A stretch of 13,076 nucleotides of DNA from Leptospiraceae bacterium (GTDB lineage: Bacteria > Spirochaetota > Leptospiria > Leptospirales > Leptospiraceae), in contig JANYCR010000053.1 in assembly GCA_025360185.1 (NCBI GenBank), positions 1 through 13,076 on the forward strand, written 5' to 3'. The position numbers and the translations under genes were made by a program. The notes beneath the pieces were generated by a model. That model had not been told where the DNA came from. It did not search any database and worked only from the letters and a program-made list of their open reading frames with translations. Positions 7,918-13,076 of this stretch are shown piece by piece. The number at the start of each line of letters is the position of its first letter. Position 1 is the stretch's first letter.

Positions 7918-8304
7918 ATGAAAGTAAAAATTAGCGTCTTGTTAGCGAGTATTGTTCTTGTAGCAGGATTATATCCAAATGATTTCGGCTCCAATTTCAT
8001 TTCGTCGCTTTCGTCAGGAGATTGTAAGGGAATCGCAAGCAAAGACAAGAGCTGGTGCACTACAAACGATTGTAAAGCAATTGCAAGCGGAGACAAAAGT
8101 TGGTGCCAGTCAAGCGACTGTAAAGGAGTAGCGGCTAAAGACAAATCATGGTGTAGTTCAAGTCTTTGCAAAGCATGGGCATCAAGTGATAAAAGCTGGT
8201 GTAACGATAGCGATTGTAAAGGAGTAGCCTCAAAAGATAAGTCCTGGTGTAGTTCAGCACAGTGCAAAGCAATTGCAAGTGGTGATAAAAGCTGGTGCAA
8301 TTAA
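7918..8304 (+). CDS. Secreted Cys-rich tandem-repeat protein (signal peptide + 6 x 16-aa 'DCK[GA]xASxDKSWCxxx' modules)
   Basis: - Strong RBS AAGGAG at 7903-7908, 9 nt before ATG 7918.
- N-terminal 'MKVKISVLLASIVLVAGL' is a Sec-type signal peptide (no lipobox Cys).
- Then six modules each with Cys-x10-Cys (12 Cys in total), rich in K/S/D/W.
- Codon-level repeat conservation implies a real ORF. Confidence 0.7.
   Translation: MKVKISVLLASIVLVAGLYPNDFGSNFISSLSSGDCKGIASKDKSWCTTNDCKAIASGDKSWCQSSDCKGVAAKDKSWCSSSLCKAWASSDKSWCNDSDCKGVASKDKSWCSSAQCKAIASGDKSWCN
8020..8301 (+). repeat. Six tandem 48-nt coding repeats (last one 42 nt) with alternating A/B subtypes (96-nt super-repeat x3)
   Basis: - Repeat units start at 8020, 8068, 8116, 8164, 8212 and 8260.
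- Odd units encode CKG(I/V)A(S/A)KDKSWC; even units encode CKA(I/W)AS(G/S)DKSWC.
- There are no spacers, so this is not CRISPR.
- The 129-aa minus-strand ORF 7911-8300 is a mirror artefact of this repeat. Confidence 0.9.
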
Positions 8305-8316
8305 TCCAACCGTTTA

Positions 8317-11067
8317 TTGGAAGATGGATATAAGTCATTGAGTAACGAAAACGAATCTATTCTAGAATTAAAAAATGAAATTGAACTTTTAAAATTAGAA
8401 AAAGAAGAGCTAAATAGATTCTTTTCACTAAATTTAGATTTACTTTGCATTGCTAACCAGGAAGGTAATTTTCTTAAATTAAACAAGTCTTGGGAGTCAA
8501 TTTTAGGTTATCCGCTAGAAGAATTACAAAACCAAAAATTTTTTAATCTAATTCATCCAGAAGATTTACAGTCAACGAATGATGCATTGGCAAGGCTAGA
8601 TGCCAGCCAACCGGTCTTAAATTTTGTAAACCGCTATCGTCACAAGAACGGGACGTATAAATTTTTAGAATGGAGTGGGCAACAGTATGGTAAATTCATT
8701 TATTGTACTGCAAAGGACATTACAGAACAAATCGAAATTCATAGTAAGATTCAAAAAAATGAAGAGTCTCTTCGTAAAGCTCAGAGTCTTTCTAAAATAG
8801 GAAGTTGGGAATTTGATCTAATCAGTTTTGAATTAATTTGGTCAGATGAACATTATAAAATCTTTGAATTGGAAAAGCAACCCTCCGATAAATTATATTC
8901 TGCCTATCGATCAAAAATTCATCCAGATGATATTTCTGCCTTAGATAAAGTCGTAAATGATGCGATCGAAAGCGCAGCAAACTTTGTATATGAGCATAGA
9001 GTTATTTGTAAGGATGGAAGTATTAAAAAAGTAGTCGGAATCGGAGAAGTAATTAAGGATAATAAGAATAAGCCGATTAAACTACACGGAACTGTTCAAG
9101 ATATTACAGAGCGCGAAATTTCAGAAATATCTTTGCAAAAAAAAGAGCAACAATTACGTCTCGCACTCAGTGGGGGAAACCTCGGAATATGGGAATGGAA
9201 TTTTTCGACTGGTAAATTAGAAGTAGACGACCGCTGGATGGCAATTCTTGGATTGGATAATGACCATAAACCTACAATAGAATCTTGGAGTTCCCTTGTT
9301 CATCCGGAGGATATTGGCAAATTAGATATTCTCGTTCAAGAAGTAATCCTAAATCCTTTTGGCACTTCCTTCGAAACAGAGATACGAGCAATGCATAAGA
9401 ATGGCAATTATATTTGGATTTTAGACAAAGGCGCAGTTGTAGAAAGAGATAAGGATGGTAAGCCACTCTATATCATTGGTACTCATATGGATATTACGGA
9501 AAGCAAAGAGGCGCAGCGAACTTTAAGTTTGCGGGAAAAATCTTTAGCTGCTATATCACAAGGAGTTCTATTGACTGATCCGAATCGAAAAATTACCTAC
9601 GTGAACAAAGCCTTTGAAGAAATTACCGGTTACACTGAAGCGGAAATGTTAGGGCAAACATGCATTATGCTGCAAGGTAAAGAAACAGACCAGGCTACGG
9701 TTCTTGCAATTCGTGCTGCATTGCAAAACCATGTACCTATACAAACCGAAATTTTAAACTACGCCAAAGATGGTAAAACATTCTGGAATCTCTTGGCGAT
9801 TTCTCCTGTATTCGATGCGAGTGGAAAATTAATCCAATTCGTAGGAGTGCAAAAAGACATCACAGGAAGAAAGCAAATAGAAATCGAACTCATCCAAGCA
9901 AAAGAGCAGGCGGAGGCGGCAAATCGTGCTAAGTCGGAATTTCTTGCAAATATGAGCCATGAGATACGAACGCCTCTCAATGCAATCATCGGCTTCACAG
10001 ATTTACTCACTCTCTCAAATCTAAATGATACGGAGAAACAATATTTAAACATAGTATTTCAATCTGCAAATTCGCTTTTAGAATTATTGAATGATATATT
10101 AGATTTTTCTAAAATAGAAGCAGGAAAGTTGGAGCTTCACCTTGAAAAGGTTGATCCATATGAATTGCTTAAGCAAGTAACAGATATACTTAAATTCAAA
10201 GCCCTGGCTAAAGGAATTAAAGTATTTTTAACCAGTCCAGTAAATATTCCCCATTTTATCTGGACTGATCCGATTCGACTGCGGCAAATTATGATAAACC
10301 TGTTAAGTAATGCAGTAAAATTTACAAACCATGGCGAAATAGAAATAAAAGTAGAAGTAAATGATCATAACCCGCACGATAATACTTCTAATCTTCATTT
10401 TTCTGTAAGGGATACAGGGATAGGTGTATCTAAAGAAAATCAAGAAAAAATATTTGAAGCATTCTCTCAGGTAGATAGTTCAAACAATCGTAAATTTAGA
10501 GGCACTGGACTCGGGCTTACAATTTCAAATGACTTACTGGCACTCATGAATAGCAAATTAGAAGTAAAGAGTGAACTCGGTGTTGGCAGCATATTTTATT
10601 TTTCCCTATCTGTAAAAATAGAATATGCAGAAAATATTTATATGCAACCTAATAGCCCCGAAAATAAAACTCTGCTCGAAAGTAAATTTAAGATTCTGCT
10701 TGTAGATGATGATCTATTAAATCTAAGTTTAATAAAAACTATTATCAGAAATATTCTGCCTAATGCAATTTTATTGGAAGCTAGTAATGGTAGAGAAGCA
10801 GTTGAACTTTTTATAAAAGAGCAACCGGATATTATTTTCATAGATATTCAAATGCCAGAAATGAATGGACATGAGGCAACAAATACAATTCGAAAATTAG
10901 AAACAAATAAAAAAATACCGATTATCGCAGTCACAGCTGGCGTCACCGATGGAAATAGGGATAAATGCTTTGCATGCGGTATGGATGATTTTACGAGTAA
11001 GCCTGTAACAAAAACAAAGCTTAAACTTCTACTCCAGAAGTGGCTTGTAACAAAAGCATTGCAATAA
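8317..11067 (+). CDS. Cytoplasmic multi-PAS / LOV hybrid sensor histidine kinase (PAS x3 - LOV - HisKA - HATPase_c - receiver)
   Basis: - 916 aa; the only available start is TTG at 8317 (no in-frame ATG for about 300 codons).
- The frame is continuous with the upstream repeat gene, interrupted by its TAA at 8302-8304.
- N-terminal coiled coil, then PAS-like blocks.
- LOV-like domain around nt 9550-9870.
- H-box 'EFLANMSHEIRTPLNAIIGF' (His codon 9958-9960).
- HATPase 'LLSNAVKFTNHGEIEI', 'DTGIGVS', 'GTGLGLTIS'.
- C-terminal receiver 'ILLVDDDLLN', 'IIFIDIQMPEMNG' (Asp codon 10843-10845), 'IIAVTAG', 'DFTSKP'.
- No TM segments. Confidence 0.85.
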   Translation: MEDGYKSLSNENESILELKNEIELLKLEKEELNRFFSLNLDLLCIANQEGNFLKLNKSWESILGYPLEELQNQKFFNLIHPEDLQSTNDALARLDASQPVLNFVNRYRHKNGTYKFLEWSGQQYGKFIYCTAKDITEQIEIHSKIQKNEESLRKAQSLSKIGSWEFDLISFELIWSDEHYKIFELEKQPSDKLYSAYRSKIHPDDISALDKVVNDAIESAANFVYEHRVICKDGSIKKVVGIGEVIKDNKNKPIKLHGTVQDITEREISEISLQKKEQQLRLALSGGNLGIWEWNFSTGKLEVDDRWMAILGLDNDHKPTIESWSSLVHPEDIGKLDILVQEVILNPFGTSFETEIRAMHKNGNYIWILDKGAVVERDKDGKPLYIIGTHMDITESKEAQRTLSLREKSLAAISQGVLLTDPNRKITYVNKAFEEITGYTEAEMLGQTCIMLQGKETDQATVLAIRAALQNHVPIQTEILNYAKDGKTFWNLLAISPVFDASGKLIQFVGVQKDITGRKQIEIELIQAKEQAEAANRAKSEFLANMSHEIRTPLNAIIGFTDLLTLSNLNDTEKQYLNIVFQSANSLLELLNDILDFSKIEAGKLELHLEKVDPYELLKQVTDILKFKALAKGIKVFLTSPVNIPHFIWTDPIRLRQIMINLLSNAVKFTNHGEIEIKVEVNDHNPHDNTSNLHFSVRDTGIGVSKENQEKIFEAFSQVDSSNNRKFRGTGLGLTISNDLLALMNSKLEVKSELGVGSIFYFSLSVKIEYAENIYMQPNSPENKTLLESKFKILLVDDDLLNLSLIKTIIRNILPNAILLEASNGREAVELFIKEQPDIIFIDIQMPEMNGHEATNTIRKLETNKKIPIIAVTAGVTDGNRDKCFACGMDDFTSKPVTKTKLKLLLQKWLVTKALQ
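9550..9870 (+). other. LOV (light-oxygen-voltage, flavin-binding) domain within the hybrid kinase, reactive Cys retained
   Basis: 'VLLTDPNRKITYVNKAFEEITGYTEAEMLGQTCIMLQGKETDQATVLAIRAAL...EILNYAKDGKTFWNLLAISPVFDASGKLIQFVGVQKDIT' compared with the canonical LOV pattern:
- '..ITDP...IVYVNDAF..LTGY..EEVLGRNCRFLQG.DTD' (Cys codon tgc 9661-9663).
- 'LNYTKSGKKFWNL', matched by ours.
- 'FIGVQLD', matched by 'FVGVQKD', including the conserved flavin-contacting Gln.
- Deviation: 'GQTCIMLQG' instead of 'GRNCRFLQG', so the Arg and Phe after the Cys are not conserved. Confidence 0.7.
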
Positions 11068-11070
11068 TTT

Positions 11071-11766
11071 TTAACCCATTCTCTTTTTTAATTCAGAATA
11101 AACTTTTCTTGATACAGGAAGCTCTGTTTCATTTTTTAATTCTAAAGTATATTTTCCGCCCGTTTTAGATTTAAGAAACTTTCCTTCCCGTAAATTAACC
11201 AAGTAGGATTTGTGAATTCGAAAGAAATGCGAGGGCAAAATTTTGCATAAAGAATCTAGAGTTTTACGATGAGTATCCGTTTCTCCATTTTTGCGATGAA
11301 TTAGAGTATAATTATCCTGACCTTGAATATAGCAAATTTCTTTTATGGGGATAATTTCTATTTTGTCCTCCTTCTTTACACTCAGGAATTTAGTATAACG
11401 AGAATTTGCCGCTAAATTTTTCCATTTTTGCAATGCTTTAGTAAGACGTTCTTTATTTATAGGTTTCGGAACAAAATCTAAAACACCAAACTCAAAAGCC
11501 TGGATTGCTTTTTCTGTCATTCCTGAAACGATAATAGTATGAAAAGACTCAGCGATAATATTTCTAAGCAGGTCAAATCCTTCTCGCCCATCCAAGTTTA
11601 AATCTAAAAAAACAAGATCAACCGAATGCTCCTCTAAAAAACACTCAGACCCAACAAGACTACGTTCCATTTTTAAAGAGGTAATTTCTTTTCCATAAAT
11701 TTCTCGAAGCAATTTTTCTAAGCCTCTTGCGGCTACTGCCTCATCTTCCACAATTAAGATTCTCAT
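11071..11766 (-). CDS. LytTR-family (LytR/AlgR/AgrA-type) response regulator
   Basis: - 231 aa. N-terminal receiver: 'MRILIVEDEAVAARGL', 'VDLVFLDLNLDGREG', 'TIIVSG', 'LDFVPKP'.
- C-terminal LytTR DNA-binding domain: 'IPIKEICYIQGQDNYTLIHRKNGETDTHRKTLDSL...FFRIHKSYLVNL'.
- RBS GAGGAA upstream of ATG (reverse complement of 11770-11776).
- Its stop is 3 nt from the stop of the convergent LOV kinase. Confidence 0.9.
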   Translation of the reverse strand: MRILIVEDEAVAARGLEKLLREIYGKEITSLKMERSLVGSECFLEEHSVDLVFLDLNLDGREGFDLLRNIIAESFHTIIVSGMTEKAIQAFEFGVLDFVPKPINKERLTKALQKWKNLAANSRYTKFLSVKKEDKIEIIPIKEICYIQGQDNYTLIHRKNGETDTHRKTLDSLCKILPSHFFRIHKSYLVNLREGKFLKSKTGGKYTLELKNETELPVSRKVYSELKKRMG

Positions 11767-11806
11767 TTTTATTCCTCTAACCTTGATTGAATATTGGTGA
11801 AATGCA

Positions 11807-13076
11807 TTAGGATACTATCGTAATGCCGCTTTCCCATCCGCCCTTGACGGGTTTAGAGTAAAATTCCCATTTGCCGGGAAATGCTTCTTCTAGCCTTGAT
11901 CGAATATATTTTATCCCAGTGCCTGAAGTTTCTCTCGATGACTCGACAGGCAAGCCATCATTGAATAAAATAAATCTAGTTTTCTTGCCATCAAGTTTTT
12001 TAGTTAAAATAAATTCGCCCGATTTTCTTCCAGGATAACCATGAGTAACTCCATTCTCGACAAGCGTATGTAAAGCAACAGGCGGAATTAGCTCTTTGCC
12101 GCTAATGTCTTCTGTCCTAAGCGAAAACTTAACATCTTTTCTAAGGCTCATAATTTCTAAGTATCGTTTGCAAATTTGAATTTCCTCTGAAATGAAAATT
12201 GTTTTTTTATTAGAAAGTTTTAAAATATAATGAAGCTCATCGGAGAGAGCAGATAGAAGTTTCTTCGCGTTAGCCGGATCTTCATCGAGCCAGATAATTG
12301 TAGCATTAATGGAATTAAGTAAAAAATGAGGATGGATATTACTTTTTAAAAGCTCGACCTCCATTCTAGCAGAAACAAGTTTTGCGTCTTGGGACTCCTG
12401 CCTGTAATAAGAAGCTCTCTCTTCTGCTTTTGTTTTTTCGCGGTTAATAATTGTAATCTTGTAGGCAAGCCCTAGAGATAGAAGGCACATCTCGACCGCA
12501 GAACCAACCTGTAATCCATACTCCGTAAAGGTATTGGTTGGAAAAATTCCGAGTCCTTTAAAAGCATAAATCCCTACTCCAAAAAGAAGAGAAACCCAGG
12601 CGATAATAAAATACCGCGCCGGCTTATAGCCCTTATCCCAACATACAATCCCGACTATAAAAATAGAAATTGCAAATACAATGACAAGACTTGCAAGTAA
12701 ATAAATATTTACAAAGTAAGAAAAAATAAAAGAGGATAACATAAGTAATCCCATACAACCCATCAAAATCTTTTGTAATTTATCCAGAAAAGGAACGTTT
12801 TTCTTGGAGTTTAAAAAACTTCTAGTAAACTGAATTCCCCAGAGAAGCGCAAATCCTCCCAGGAAAGGCAAACTGATATTAGCCCAATACGGAGAATTAG
12901 GCCAGAGGTATTGAAATGCTAATCCATTAAGTATTGACTGACTCGCTCCGTAATTGATTACATAGAGCAGGTAATAGAAATAACCAATATCACGAAGCAT
13001 AAAAAGTAAAATCAAATTATAAACAATCAAAACGAGTAAAATTCCATAATAAACACCAAAGGCAAATTCTTCTCTC
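11807..13076 (-). CDS. LytS/YehU-family multi-TM sensor histidine kinase (N-terminus beyond window end)
   Basis: - Six or more hydrophobic TM segments.
- After them, the His_kinase internal region with H-box 'HPHFLLNSINATI', characteristic of the LytS/YehU/7TMR-DISM kinases, and a C-terminal HATPase ('LIPPVALHTLVENGVTHG', 'GTGIKYIRSRL').
- The frame stays open upstream of the track's TTG 'start' at 13030 to the window edge ('...REEFAFGVYYGILLVLIVYNLILLF'), so the gene is 5'-truncated by the window.
- 40 nt upstream of, and on the same strand as, the LytTR regulator. Confidence 0.85.
   Translation of the reverse strand, partial: REEFAFGVYYGILLVLIVYNLILLFMLRDIGYFYYLLYVINYGASQSILNGLAFQYLWPNSPYWANISLPFLGGFALLWGIQFTRSFLNSKKNVPFLDKLQKILMGCMGLLMLSSFIFSYFVNIYLLASLVIVFAISIFIVGIVCWDKGYKPARYFIIAWVSLLFGVGIYAFKGLGIFPTNTFTEYGLQVGSAVEMCLLSLGLAYKITIINREKTKAEERASYYRQESQDAKLVSARMEVELLKSNIHPHFLLNSINATIIWLDEDPANAKKLLSALSDELHYILKLSNKKTIFISEEIQICKRYLEIMSLRKDVKFSLRTEDISGKELIPPVALHTLVENGVTHGYPGRKSGEFILTKKLDGKKTRFILFNDGLPVESSRETSGTGIKYIRSRLEEAFPGKWEFYSKPVKGGWESGITIVS

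Noticed and set aside
7911-8300. 129-aa minus-strand ORF (and 8135-8338 minus ORF) with its own repetitive 'LQSLSLHQLLS' pattern
   Set aside because: Mirror-image artefact of the 48-nt tandem repeats. The + strand frame has a strong RBS, a signal peptide and a conserved Cys spacing; the minus frame has none of these.
8020-8301. Tandem 48-nt direct repeats considered as a possible CRISPR array
   Set aside because: The units are contiguous with no spacers, are in-frame coding, diverge in codon-synonymous fashion, and no cas genes are nearby.
8301-8486. 61-aa minus-strand ORF overlapping the start of the hybrid kinase gene
   Set aside because: Antisense to the kinase N-terminal coiled-coil/PAS region. 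No start context, and the translation is low-complexity.
538-10841. Thirteen short antisense or internal ORFs of 60-97 aa nested inside large + strand genes: 538-831, 1749-1946, 2647-2931, 2983-3186, 3264-3464, 3427-3645, 5017-5262, 5599-5781, 6062-6337, 7579-7836, 9272-9466, 9759-10052, 10638-10841 (all - strand)
   Set aside because: Each lies antisense within a CDS that has strong family-level motif support. They show no RBS and have low-complexity translations, and are expected by chance in AT-rich DNA.

Overview
AT-rich bacterial window (roughly mid-30s %GC; Leptospira-like by composition and gene content, which is inference only). It divides into three parts.

(1) Positions 1-5305, + strand: a tightly coupled chemotaxis operon. 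It starts with the 3' end of an MCP gene, followed by cheW, cheA (short form, apparently no P2 domain), cheB, an unusual gene for a degenerate-receiver + GHKL-ATPase protein where cheR would normally be, and cheY. Consecutive genes overlap by 8 nt (ATGnnTAA) or sit 9-20 nt apart.

(2) Positions 5402-11067, + strand.
- An 829-aa protein that is co-linear over its whole length with the eukaryotic major vault protein (MVP): N-terminal repeat region, shoulder domain, and C-terminal cap-helix/cap-ring region.
- Twenty-six nt later (strong RBS, no visible promoter), a 128-aa secreted protein made of six tandem 16-aa Cys-x10-Cys repeats (48-nt DNA repeats with an alternating A/B pattern).
- A 916-aa cytoplasmic hybrid histidine kinase with four PAS-type domains, the fourth being a convincing LOV (blue-light flavin) domain that keeps the reactive cysteine, followed by HisKA, HATPase and a C-terminal receiver.

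(3) Positions 11071 to the window end, - strand: a LytS-like multi-TM sensor kinase (N-terminus runs off the window) and its LytTR-family response regulator. They converge on the LOV kinase with only 3 nt between stop codons.

The most notable content is the apparent MVP / Cys-repeat secreted protein / LOV-hybrid-kinase module. No vault-forming protein has been functionally characterised in bacteria that I know of, and the repeat protein has no obvious characterised counterpart. Short internal antisense ORFs in the track are considered spurious.
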